A stretch of 64,000 nucleotides of DNA, from the NCBI RefSeq assembly GCF_006345805.1, contig NC_043006.1, forward strand, positions 73,842,001 to 73,906,000. The letters run 5' to 3'. How positions within the stretch are numbered: the first letter of the stretch is position 1; each line of letters begins with the position of its first letter. Source of the DNA: Octopus sinensis (Eukaryota). A model generated the notes under the pieces. It was not told where the DNA came from and made no database searches. It was given only the letters and a program-made list of their open reading frames with translations. Positions 24,197-36,890 of this stretch are shown here, piece by piece. Both the position numbers and the translations under genes were made by a program.

Positions 24197-25554
24197 TTAA
24201 TGGCTTGATTTGCATGTTAATTTTGGGAAGCATTGCGAGTGGAATGGGACAGGCGGAAACTGTGCGAAAACTCATCATATTGATGGTACCGGTAACTCAA
24301 TGGTACTGTCTTGTCACGCTGTGTGGTGTTGGTTCTGTCTGAAGATTATATCAAAATGACACGTGACTCTTCAACCCTCAGCGATTTATGTTCAAATTTA
24401 AAGAGGAAGCAGTTAGATTGATCAAACAATTGAATCCCCATAGTCGCAACCGACATAAATTCATAACTATTAAGTTACATATTCACATTATTTAACATAA
24501 AAAGGTATTTACTTACTTATTCACAATCTTGAACATAAACATGTATTTAAAAGTACAAGATGTTTCGATAAGTTTGATCACTTGTCATCGACTACCTTAT
24601 TCCTAAATACATAAGAACTGGATTTACCGAAATGAATCTTTACTTCTAAACATATGTTAATGTTCTCACTATGTCACACCACCGTAATTTAGTAATAGAA
24701 GCATTACTACGATTAGTTCTTGATCGTCAATCCATTCCATAAATATGGACATATTCGGTAATAAGAGACCTGAAGACTATTGGAGTCTAACCTGATCTAG
24801 CCTAATCTAACCTTGTTTCAAATCTAACCATGAGGTTAATGTTAAAATAACCCATAACCGTATTAACAATAAATCATCTCAGAGATCTAGCCTGATCTCT
24901 TAGTTTAATCTTGTGTTTCCCCTGTGATAATAACAACGTTAACTATTTATGTTAAAATATCAAACCATCGGGTCTATGACAAGAGACAAAAAGAAAAAGA
25001 ATTCAGCGACAAAAGCAACTCCAATATTAATATATCTAGAACGCACCGTAATTAATCAATCTGATTTCGTTAAATATTTTAATGAGATACACCATGACCT
25101 ATGAATATCATACAGGGGGGGACGTCCAGTATCTTTCCCAATGGTGTTATTAGTGGAAATAAATAAAACGGTATCAAAGGCAATGATAGACGGATAAACC
25201 GTTCGGCGAATCGTGAGAATTTCTTTTATTCTCAGGATAGCAGAAACATTTGTTATATTAATTGCTTACATGAGAATTACATTACTTTAAAACAATTTGC
25301 TGGTACAAACATGAAGATAAGATTTCCAGCTGACATTTTATTGTAGAAACTGCGCTTCGTTTTACAAAATATTTTATTTAACATTATTTAATATTTAATT
25401 TATAAGTCCATTTAGAAGTTAGATATCATCGCCTAGTCAAGTTTGCTCGGACATAGGTGTAAGTAAATGTTGATAACCCAGGGTAGATAGGAAATGTATC
25501 AATAGGAAGAATGAAACTTATTAACCAAAAGAAGCGTCGTTATTTTATAGTGCA

Positions 25555-26035
25555 GTCAAATTCCGCCGATGTCGACTTTGCCTTTCATCCTTTCGGGGTC
25601 GATAAATTAAGTTCCAGTTGCGTACTGGGGTCGATCTAATTGATTGGCTCCCTCCTCCAAAATTTCGGGCCTTGTGCCTGGAGTAGAAAATATTTTATAG
25701 TGCAAAGGTGGCGAGCTGGCAGAAACGTTAGCACGCGGCCGGTATTTTCGTCTGTCTTATGTTCTGAGTTCAAATTCCGCTGAGGTGACTTACGCACTGG
25801 AATCAACGTAATCGACTTAAACCCTTTGTCCATCCTTGTTTGTCCCTTCTATGTTTAGCCCCTTGTGGGTATTAAAGAAATAAGAAACGTTAGCACGCCG
25901 GGCGAAATGTTCAGCGGTATTTCGTCTGTCTACGTTCTGAGTTCAAATTCCGCTGAGGTCGACTTTGTCTTGGATCCTTTCGGGGTCGAGAAATTAAGTA
26001 CTAGTTGCCTTGTGCTTAGAGTAAAAAAGATAATT
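25555..26035 (+). mobile_element. SINE B tandem cluster (about 3 units)
   Basis: Repeated GTTCAAATTCCGC..GAGGTCGACTTTG..GGGGTCGA blocks. Confidence 0.85.
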
Positions 26036-26515
26036 TTGTAGTGCAGAATCCTAATAATCTAATGGAAATATATTCAAACACTAATATCCGTATCCAAAAC
26101 GATTCTGAAATTTGAAATGCGCTGTGAGGTGCGGATTATACGTAAATTAATAATATCAAAATATTAAACAAATTTAAAATAAAATTAATGCATAAAGACA
26201 GCACTTTAAAATGGAAATGTTGATCCAAGATGACATGGTATCTAGAAAAAGGATCCATCACACTTTAGCGGAATATTCTCAATGAATATGAATATCTGGG
26301 AAGCTATAAAAATATATGCAGTTTATTCAGTTATTAATGCTAAATATTTTAAGAAATACTTTGTCTCAACAGTACATCTCAACACCAGCCGATTAAATTG
26401 AGAAATGAACATAAAATACGAGTGCTGTAATGGTAAGCACTATTCATAACAGTTTTAGTTACGATGCTCTACCTTGGCATATAACGTACTGCACGATCGC
26501 GGAAGATACGAATTG

Positions 26516-26586
<71 letters not shown>

Positions 26587-27294
26587 GTCTGGGAAGAGTC
26601 ATTTTCTTTTTGTGCCTTATAATTCAACACACTCACCGGTAAAATTTCCACTTATTTCTTATTTTTATTTTCCCAAAATTTTCATTGCGTTTTGCAACCT
26701 TTTCAATAGTCTTGGCACTGTCCGTTATTTACACTGCTTTCATTTTTGTTTGTTCGTGCGCATGTGTGTGGGTCAGCGTGTGTGTGCCTATGCATGCATG
26801 TGTGTATGTATGTATGTATATATTTATGCCTGTGTCTCTGTATGTATATATGTGTGTGTATGCATATGTATGTATTCTGCATATTCATGTGTTTGCGTGT
26901 CCGTGTTCGTGTGTTATTTATGTATGTGTGTGTGTGTTTATATATGTATGCACCTCTGTCTCCTTGTGTGTACATGTCTGAATGTGTGTGTGTATGTGTT
27001 TTGAAACTATGTACCGTGTTTGTATGTATGGATGTGCATCTCCATATGTGTCCTTGTGTGAAGTAAAGTGTGTGTGTATACATGGTCATATGTTTCAGTT
27101 TCCATTTGCGTATGTGCGCTTGTCTGTTCATATAACCTATGCACTTATCCGTCTTTATGTTGATCTGTTTATCTTCATATCCATATGCTTACATACATGT
27201 ACATATACACATATACATACACCCCTCACACACATACATACATCTATCTACATATCAGCCCACTAACTATTCTGCTCTGGGGGTATGATATCTA

Positions 27295-28010
27295 CTATGT
27301 ATGTTTCCTATTTAGTATTGGGGAAGTTTCATTTATAAGGACGTAATCCCGTATTTGTCTGAGTGTTGGGTCTTTTGGGTGCTTGGATAAGATGCGGATA
27401 TCAAATCGACCCAGGTTGCTTCCATGTTGGTCTTTGGTATGTTGGTAGAGTATGGAGGACTGTTTTTTGTCGTCGTATTGTCTGAGATGTCTATTTAATC
27501 GTTCCGCAATGCACCTAGATGTTTCCCCTACGTATGTCATGTTCATGTCTTTACAAGCACATTCTATGCATCTTATGCTGTAAACTACATACCATGCAGT
27601 TATCATTGGTGCATATGGTATTTTCAAAGTGGTACGTCCTACATAGTTGTGATCTGACGGAGTTTCTTGGCTTTTCAACAATCATAATGTTGAGTTTGGT
27701 CTCCCTCAGGGATTTTCTAAATCTACGGGCTAATTCTCCATGGGCTGTAGCCTCTACAAACTGATATATTTGTCGGTTTTATACCACGCTTTTGCCCCGT
27801 TTGCTTTGTCACAAGTTCTTTGTATCCTATTGCAGTCTTTGTTTCTATATCTAGGGCAGATACCACTCGTATCATTACGTATAATGTTATCTAATTTCTT
27901 TCTAGCCCCCCCCCCCTGTATACTCGAATCCTATCTTTCTGATCATACCAGAGAACTGCATGCGGTGCATGAAGTTCTGTATGTTTTTTTCGTTTCATAC
28001 TGATAGCAGA
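27295..28010 (-). mobile_element. Penelope-like element 3' portion with GIY-YIG endonuclease (frameshifted)
   Basis: VVYSIRCIEC..TYVGETSRCIAERLNRH..RQIRDYVLINETSPILN; upstream EATAHGELARRFRK..IVEKP..CTNDNCMVC. Confidence 0.85.
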
Positions 28011-29279
28011 CTTAGTTAGGATAATGAACAATGTGTCCCCACTATGCGAACCCTATGAAACGAAAAAACATGAAGCACTGAATTCTTAACAAATTTGGAA
28101 CCAGATAAATTAGCTTAGGATATTATTTGCAAATGGACTTGAGACACAATTTATCATAAGGATTTCGCTATCTTTTAGACAGAAAAGTCGGGAATGGAAT
28201 ATAGTCTTGCGCTATACTGAGATTACATTGCGCAGGTCGGATTTTCTTCAATGGAATCTTATTGGCAAATGACGCTAACTTTATTGATTTTTTCTTTTAA
28301 CTTCGTAGAAGGTGTTGCATTGAAGCTAAAATGCGTGTAAACTAAAAAGTGATAATGCAGCCTAAGAATTGGCAAATAGAACGGACTAGAACAATGTTTA
28401 AAAAGAGTTTTCCGAATGTTAGCAATTTAAATATACAAAACGTCTCCAATGTTCATATATTGATAGCAAGACAAAAAACAAAACAAAAAACAAAGCAAAA
28501 CAAAACAAAAATAGAAAAGACAGTTGAATATCATATATGGTGTAATGAAAATTGTATGTGTGTATATGTTTATGCATACACACAAACACATATACATACA
28601 CCTATATATATATATATATATTATATATATATATATATATATGCACACACATATATATATATGTATATATATATATATTTATATACATATATATACATAT
28701 ATATGCATCGGCGCTGCATACGCGTCGCATACACCTCGCCCTTGGACCTGACGAGACCTCCCGCCCGTTCCTGGGACCGTCGCGTGTCGTTGGGTTTTCC
28801 CACGCCTGTCTCCGCGGTACCACTCTTCCATCTTCCCCTCAGCTGGAGTCCTTTTTCCTTAACCCCCCCCCCTTTTTCGTTACACACACGCGCACACATA
28901 TACACACCTTGCCTATATATATACATCACTCTTACACACATTCAATCTATTCGCCATTAATACCACCACGACACTGGACACACACACACACTACTACTCA
29001 ACACACGCTGGCACGCTACATACGCCCCCACCCCTTCCCCTCCCTCCCTTCCTCCTTCCTTCTTTTTCTTACTACTGACCTCCCTTCCTCCTTCCTTCTT
29101 TTTCTTAGTACTGACCTCGTCTGCTAGCTGACCACTAGTCTCGCCTACCTCACACGCCTACACAGACGCACACACTAACACACACATATATTTTTTTGTT
29201 TTTTCATCTCGCCTCACACACACACATACACACACGCACATGCACACACTCACACATACACACACATCTGTTGGGTTAC

Positions 29280-29520
29280 CAACCTTGTCTCCACTCTTTT
29301 GCCTTTAAAAACCCACTTTGCTCTTGTTATCGTCAACATCCGCCTTTCACCATGTGCAACTCGTAAACACCAGTCGTCTTTTTTCTCTTTCCCTGTTGCC
29401 CGCTCTGGGATCTTTCTTTCCTCTCTCTTCCTTCTTTATGTTTCCGACGAAGAGCTCCGCTCGAAACGTCATACCTCCCTGCTTCCATCTCCTGAGCGCC
29501 TATTAATAATAATACTGTAA
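29280..29520 (+). mobile_element. pLTR-like repeat with hammerhead variant (CCGACGA core)
   Basis: GTTT-CCGACGA-A-GAGC-TCC-GCTC-GAAA-CGTC-ATAC at 29440-29474; related motif at 62947. Confidence 0.5.
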
Positions 29521-29739
29521 TTGTTCCTGTTGTTGTTGTTTTTTTGTTTCCCTTTTGGATTAAAATTATATATATATATATATATATATATGAATATATA
29601 AAACACACACTCAAACACACATATATGTGTGTGTGTGTATGTATATGTATATATATATATATATATAGAGAGAGAGATAGATAGACAGACAGACAGACAG
29701 TTAGCAAACTATTTAAATAGATAGATACGTAGACAATAT

Positions 29740-30060
29740 CGTTTCGAACGCCACATGCTAAAATAAGCGCAAACACTCACCTGCACACCTTCCAAACAAT
29801 ACCTCGACCTATAACAGCCGAAATCCCACCAAAAGCATACTTGCAGGATTCTGCATCTCACACCATCTGATGGTATCATAAAACGCTTTTGGGGTTCTGT
29901 GAGCATCGAAATGGCATCGCCAACATCAAATGGAGTATAATCGACAAGACACTTCCTTCACTTGGAGCTTTCAATTACCAGTTATATTTGTGAGAAACTA
30001 CGCATACTCCACGAATATGAAGTTTCCGTCAATGGACTACCTTATTGTTACCCACACTGG
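29740..30060 (+). mobile_element. Highly decayed Penelope GIY-YIG remnant
   Basis: NIKWSIIDK...(frameshift)ICEKLRIL resembles the IKWSI..C.LC.EK motif. Confidence 0.5.
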
Positions 30061-30409
30061 AACGCACTGTTAATGACTTCTGCTGCTTTGCAACGCAGGT
30101 ACATCACCCTAGGCGTAGCTGACCCACACACAAAAGAAGAGTATTTGATTCCTGCCGCCCCTATAGATTTCAGCTCACCCACCTATGTTGGTTATGCAAC
30201 TACAACTGTAACACCAAACCATCAAAATACTTTCACGTGAAGACCGCTTTGTCTTTTAAGGATAACCTTTACCACAGACCTTCCTTGTAATGGTTATATT
30301 AGTTCTATTAAGTTCTATTATTATGGCCTGGTGCGCCAGTTGTATTCTTCCTCTCCTAGACCGAACGCAAAAGTGAGTTTCTAAAACTATTAGTTTCTTT
30401 TTTTGGCAA

Positions 30410-30545
30410 CTGACCTAGAACATAATCCCCACCCAATCACCATCACCTCCCATCACCGAGACATTGCTTCCTTGTTTCTCTGCCATAACTACTCCATGGA
30501 CACTGCATCTTCTTCTATTGCATCTTATTGCGATTCATTCTACCG
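30410..30545 (+). mobile_element. Possible LINE C-terminal remnant
   Basis: SHHRDIASLFLCHNY resembles the HRRxVASLxLFYRY motif. Confidence 0.3.
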
Positions 30546-30594
30546 TAAATTCTCATTCTTTGACTGTTATTGTGCTTTCCTGTAAGAAGCATTT

Positions 30595-30830
30595 CTACTC
30601 TAGAAAATTTCTTCCATTTGTCTGATACAACTCTCATTTTGTTCTCCAAAGAAATATGATTTTAAGTTTCTTTATAATTCTTTCAAGGGTTTTTCTTTCA
30701 TCCGTAGGGAAGCTTTTCATTGGATTCTTTTCTTTCCGTTTCTTGTATAAGTTCTGATGTAATAATTAGTGCCTTCATGTCTGATTTATTGCTGGCTGCT
30801 GCCTCTGTCTGGGGAATGACTTCTAATAAA
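30595..30830 (-). mobile_element. Decayed RTE ORF2 linker remnant
   Basis: EVIPQTE..ITSELIQ..LERIIKKLK..GEQNESCIRQMEENF across frameshifts. Confidence 0.4.
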
Positions 30831-32109
30831 ATATTCACGTTGGAATATTAGCTGAAATCTTCAGTTTAAAATTGTTTTTCCGCAAAGTAAAAAAGTTACG
30901 CATGAGAATTATAAAAGTATATTTAATAACCATGAATATTCATCACAAAGTATTTCTATATTTTTTTCAAATGTTATTGTATAGTCTCTCATACAGTTCC
31001 AATGAAAATCTAAATTATTTTCCTGACATCGACTTTTCAAGTGCACAGGAAAAACAAAACAAAGCAATGTTATATCATTTAATGTATAGACATCTGTGTT
31101 TATTACTTACCTTCCTTATATTTCTAAATTCACTTGATTAATATACATAAGATTTCGACTCGTAGCAAAGAACACGGAGACCAGTCTTGCTAGAAAGTGT
31201 ACTATATACTACGTATCGTATGGCAGTAGGAGAAACGCTATCAAGTTAGCTACCGTTGCAATAGAAGTTTCTTCAAGGTAACCCTTGACCAGGGTGTGTT
31301 AGCTATGGATGTGGTAGAGCGCAACCTGGACACAGCTGAGTTGTCTGGACGAGCTTGTCAAGTGTTTGTAAGCTGATTGACTCTGGGAAGCGTCGCTGAT
31401 AACTCGTCTTCGTGCTTTACGAGGTGATGTATGAAATAATCGACCCGTTGGAGACAGGTGGATTATCAATACAAGAAATAGAATGAGATTTTTAGTATGC
31501 ATGGTGGTTTATCTGAATACAAATCTCATAAGTTTCCAAACAATGTATTCTCCACAATTATTTTCTGAATGGCTCACAGTAAATTCATTGAAATTCAACA
31601 TGTATGTAGCGTTAAAGTAAACAAACAGGACATTAAAGAACTTCAAAGAAATTAATTCTTCTCATACGCTTACAATATGCATATCCCTTACAGGTATTTT
31701 TCAAACATGGCTGTGAAGTGAACAGATTCTATGTCGTTAATATTCTGTAATATAGCGCTGTGGAGATGGTTGTGATATATATTTCCAAATGCTTTACAAT
31801 ATTTGCTATTGTCGATGTGCTAGCCAGAACATGTGTAAGCTCCTGGCAAGCCATTACAGCCATATAGTTTCAATTTACATCTTTTAGGAATGGTACAAAC
31901 TTCTCTATATCTTATTTCTATCCTATAATAAAATAAAAGAGATTTACGCTTTGTTTGAAATAAACCGATATAAAGTTTTGTTACTGTACCATCTTCCGAT
32001 TTATAATCTCACCGGGAGCGACTTCTCTTTTAAATATTCTGGGATTGAGAAAATATGTGCGAGTCATATATTAGAAACAATTCAATAGTTTTATATCCTT
32101 TTATTTTAG

Positions 32110-33200
32110 TGTCCCTCTCAGGTAACAAACAGATCTTCCATTTCGTATGGGAATAGTGTATTGCAAAATTTAAGGTTGGGTTGATCGGATTTCCTGTTGA
32201 ATTCAGTTAACGCAGTTACACTGTTAATGGTATTGGTAAAACATGAACAACTAGCATTCCATTTATTTCTTCAGATAAACATACGTCCGTGTCAATAAAA
32301 TAGAAATCCATTGTTAGTTTTATGGTTCTGGGTACACATTTCAAGCTTCGTTGCTTTTGTATCACCACCGAATCAATGATATTTGAACAGTACTGTACTG
32401 GATTCAACAGTCCAGAGAAATTTAGCATCAAGGAGGCAGGCATGGTTGTAGGGTTAAGAAAATCAGTTTGCAATTAAGCTCGATAACTTTGAGTGGTATT
32501 TTGGGTAAATGTATTATACTTTAGCCTCTCAGAATTAATACCTACTTCATTCTGTCTTTGGTAATTGAAAAATTAAAGAGTTTGATTCCATCACTCTCCT
32601 ATGCGGCACTTGCTGAGATTTAGGTTTTTGCAGAGTCCTATAGAGAAGGGTATTTAAGTATTGTTGGAGATTTGTGCACGCTACATTTTAATGCTTTTGA
32701 GAAAGTTTTTGAATGACTGTAGTCCTTGTAACCCTAAGCGGTTGAAGTATCCAGCTTTAAGTCTAGATGGGAGGAGAGAATTTTAAGGTAATATTCAAGT
32801 CTTGCCTAGTTCTGTACCAAACTGTGGTGTTCTCTTTCCAAGAAGGGAACACAGTTTGGGACTAGTCCTTTCTAATTCCTTAGAGATGTAAATTACTGCA
32901 GAGCTTACCCTTCTTTACATGAACGAGACGAGTAGTAAGATTTTCACTCTCTGCCAGTAGTTCAGCTGATGCATTGGAGCAATCTTTCCAGCAGGTTTCT
33001 AGTGAAACTTGCGAAAACGTAGGTGCTTCTTCACTGATTTTCATCATCGGTGACTGTGATGGGGATAATCGTCTTTGTGTTCTTTGCAAACTTCTTCTGA
33101 CCTTAACATGATTCTGATGAATTTGCTAGAGTACTTTTTACTTTTAAAGTCCCATCATCACTTTTAGCATTATTGATAGATTTCATGATGTTACCAAATA
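32110..33200 (-). mobile_element. Highly decayed RTE-type LINE
   Basis: KSDDGTL; EAPTFSQV..SAELLAESENLTTRL..KKGKLCSN; CVPRTIKLTMDFY..INGML; GNPINPTLNFAI. Confidence 0.5.
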
Positions 33201-33499
33201 TTTCAATGTTTAAAATAACGTACCATAATAACGATTAAATGTATGGTGTAACTACATACATTATTTACATTATTTACATTTGACGGATATTTGTCCTCAT
33301 CTTATTTTGTTAAAATCCGTCATATGTAAATAATGTAAATAATGAACATAATTACTCATCTCTTAAATATAGGTGTAACTACATATTTTATGAATAAACA
33401 CTCCTGTCGTGTTTTTCTTTTCTATACATTACATACTCGCGAGCGCACACACCCCACACACACACATACGCAGAGATCTATGTATGTACGTATGCTCTT

Positions 33500-33908
33500 T
33501 TACTCTCTCTCTCTTACTATTTTACTTGTTTCAGTCATTTGACTGCGGCCATGCTGGAGCACCGCCTTTAGTCGAGCAAATCGACCCCGGGACTTATTCT
33601 TTGTAAGCCCAGTACTTATTCTATCGGTCTCTTTTGCCGAACCGCTAAGTGACGGGGACGTAAACACACTAGCATCGGTTGTCAAGCAATGCTAGGGGGA
33701 CAAACACAGACACACAAACACACACACATACATAAACATATATACGACAAGCTTCTTTCAGTTTCCGTCTACCAAATCCACTCACAAGGCATTGGTCAAC
33801 CCGGGGCTATAGCAGAAGACACTTGCCCAAGATTCTACGCAGTGGGACTGAACCCGGAACCATGTGGTTGGTTAGCAAGCTACTTACCACACAGCCACTC
33901 CTGCGCCT
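33500..33908 (-). mobile_element. SINE A, full length
   Basis: Reverse complement of the consensus head and tail. Confidence 0.9.
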
Positions 33909-34081
33909 TTATGCATGTATGTATTTATATAAACCTTAGTAAAATTGTCGATTTTAGAACTTCGTAAACATTCAGAATATAGGTAGGGATTGAGGTTTTC
34001 ATCATAACTGCGTAGCTTGTGTTCAATATTGCATACTTTACTCTCGCACAAAAATATCCTTTCATCAGTGATTTTGTTTAG

Positions 34082-34195
34082 CATCCCATCCATGGAATAC
34101 TATTTTGTAAAAGCAATTAATGTCGAGGAGGCAAGAGATAGGAAAAGGATGTATAATTTTAGTAGGAGAATTAACTTGCTTAATAGATGTTTAAG
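34082..34195 (+). CDS. Isolated putative plus-strand exon (xIPSMEYYFVKAINVEEARDRKRMYNFSRRINLLNRCLx)
   Basis: Acceptor gattttgtttag|C, donor AAG|gtatgt, 114 nt, open phase 2 to 2; no partner exons confirmed. Confidence 0.35.
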
Positions 34196-34439
34196 GTATG
34201 TCATACGCATTGCTCCTTGAGTCTTTCATGATTATCCACATAATAACGATGATGATGAGGTTGATGTAGATATTGATGACTCCAATATTAGTGAATTAAA
34301 GATGCCATTAGTTATTGTATAAAGAGATAGACACTTGTATAACAGTATACAGGAGATATTTGATATTTATAGATATGACAGACTGAAGTACACGGCCCGG
34401 AAATCTATACAACCTTTCTTCAGTCTTCTCCTTCTCTTT

Positions 34440-34830
34440 CATCATCAGCATCGTTGACCTCCTCCACCTCCTCCTCTCCTTTTCCTTCCCCTCCTCTTCA
34501 TCATCATCGTCACCATCTTGTTCGTTTTCCATCTTGTTACTCTTGTCCTCCTCTACCTCCTCCTCTCTCCCCTCCCTCCCCCTCCTCCTCCCCTCTCTCT
34601 TTTTCCATGCCTCTCCGCCTGCCCTCGTCCTCCCCTTTCTCTTCTTCCATGCCTCTTCCCCCTCCTCCACCACCCTACTCCGCACCCCACCCATCCTCCT
34701 CCCCCCTCTCTTCATGCCTCCCTGCCTGTCCTGTTCCCCTCCTCCACCACCCTACTCCGCACCCCACACCCCTCCTCCTCCTCCTTTTTCTTCCTCCTCC
34801 TCCTTTTTCTTCCTCCTCCTCCTTGTAGAA
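34440..34830. repeat. Polypyrimidine low-complexity tract with an internal ~60-bp duplication
   Basis: (CCT)n/(CT)n; CCCTCCTCCACCACCCTACTCCGCACCCCAC occurs twice. Confidence 0.9.
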
Positions 34831-35149
34831 ACAAAGTCTCTTTGCTGTTCTTTAGTTTACGAACTCGTCGACTGCCCCATATTATGCTGCTTCCTAATGC
34901 TCGCTCAATAGTCTTCTACAATTGCATTCTACAATAATTTGGGGCAAAGAGAGGAATAAATGAATCCGCGCGCGCGTGTGTGTGTCTGTGTGCGCCTGTT
35001 TATGTGTATGTATCGAAGTTCATCAAACAACAATGAAAAACGAATCCGATTGAGAGGCGAAGAAATATTAAGAAAAAATAATAATTAAAACATGTACAGA
35101 AACTGTATCTTTTGCAATTAACACAATTAATTTTTTTTTTAATTTAGAG

Positions 35150-35580
35150 CAGAATCCTTAGCGTACCGGGCAAAATGCTTTGTGGTATTTCGTCCGTCTT
35201 TAAGTTCTGGGTTCAAATCCCGTCATGGTCGACTTAGTCATCCCCTTACGAATGGTACATTAAGACGTATAACACTAAATAAGATTATTAGTATCCTTAC
35301 TATTAACATTATATTTAGAATTGAAACGGCCCTTTCAGTATTTGTATCCACACAAAGGCGGCGAGCAGACAGATCCCTTAGCACACCAGGCAGAATGCTT
35401 AGCGGCATTTCGTCCGTCTTTACATTCTGAGTTCAAATTCCATCAAGTTGACTTAGCCCTTCATGCTTTCGAGGTCGATACAGTAAGTTCTAGTTGAGCA
35501 CTTGAGTCGATGTAATCAACTTAACCCTCTCCACCTCGAAATTCCTGGCCTTGTGCCAAAATTCGAAACCAATTGAGAGC
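35150..35580 (+). mobile_element. SINE B, two diverged plus-strand copies
   Basis: Head GGCGGCGAGC..TTAGCAC and B-box GAGTTCAAATTCC. Confidence 0.8.
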
Positions 35581-35589
35581 ACATATTAT

Positions 35590-36352
35590 TTTCTATTCTA
35601 AGCACAAGCCCTGAAATTTTAGGGGAGGGGACCAGTCGATTAGATCGACCCCAGTGTATAATTGGTACTTAATGCATCGACCCCGAAAGGCAAAGTCGAC
35701 CTCGGTGGAATTTGAACTCGGAGCGTGAAGACAAGAAATACAACTAAGTATTTCGCCCGGCGTGCTAACGTTTCTGCAAGCTTGCCGCCTTTAGAGTACA
35801 TATTTAGGGGCTAAACATAGAGGGGACAAACAAAGACAAACAAAGGGATTACATCGACCCCAGTGCGTAACCGGTACTTATTTAATCGACCCCGAAAGGA
35901 TGAAAGGCAAAGTCGACCTCGGCGGAATTTGAACTCAGAACGTAACGACAGAAGAAATACAGCTAAGCATTCCGCTCGGCGTGCTAAAGCTTTCTTATTT
36001 CTTTATTTCCCATAACGGGCTAAACATAGAGGGGACAAACAAAGAGATTAAGTCGATTACATCGACCCCAGTGCGTAACTGGTACTAAATTTATCGACCC
36101 AATGAAAGGCAAAGTCGACCTCGGCGGCATTTGAACTCAGAACGTAAGGGCAGACGAAGGGAAAACCAAGGACAGACAAAAGGATTAACTCGATTACATC
36201 GATCCCAAGCGTAACTGGTACTAAATTTATCGACCCCGAAAGTATGAAAGGCAAAGTCGACCTCGGCGGAATTTGAACTTAGAACGTAACGGCAAACGAA
36301 ATACCGCTTAGCATTTCGTCCGGCGTGCTAACGTTTCTGCCAACTCGCCACC
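35590..36352 (-). mobile_element. SINE B concatemer (about 4 internal units)
   Basis: GAAAGGCAAAGTCGACCTCGG.GG.ATTTGAACT recurs four times at roughly 150-220-bp spacing. Confidence 0.9.
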
Positions 36353-36591
36353 ATGCGAGTACATATTGTTTTATTTAGAATGAAATGTTAACATTTATAT
36401 TTCGATAGCTCTACCGTATTACTAAATTATGCCTATATAACAATACCAGCACCCTATGTGACATTACCTGAAACGATTATTTACCTATTCATTCCTTAAT
36501 ACCTCCCGGCTGATTCGAACACAAAATAAGTTAGTCGCTGTTATGTACATTATAGAACAGCCCCTCCATTTAACGATGACAGTGTGGTATA

Positions 36592-36832
36592 TCTATATAT
36601 ATGTAAAACTGAGAATGTCTGTCTGTGGGTTTCCCTAAAACTTGAGAACTACACAACCAATTTCATTCAAATTTTACACATGCTTTACTTAGGGGCCATG
36701 TAGCGTCATGGGCAAAAAAAATGTTTAAATTCTTGCCTAGAGCGAGCCCACAGGAATATCATATCTTCACTATTTCAGTATTACGTGTTAAAAGTGAAAC
36801 GAAAATATCTCTCTATTGTATGTATATGGATG

Positions 36833-36890
<58 letters not shown>

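Noticed and set aside
26670-26716. Hammerhead-like string CTATTGA..GTTGC/GCAAT-GAAA (minus)
   Set aside because: Core too divergent and no stem I.
32886-33130. Minus-strand exon ending AAGAAGG|gtaagc
   Set aside because: The peptide fits RTE ORF2 motifs, so it is treated as a LINE remnant.
35590-36352. CRISPR-like repeat-spacer appearance
   Set aside because: The spacers are themselves homologous, there are no cas genes, and the context is a eukaryotic SINE.
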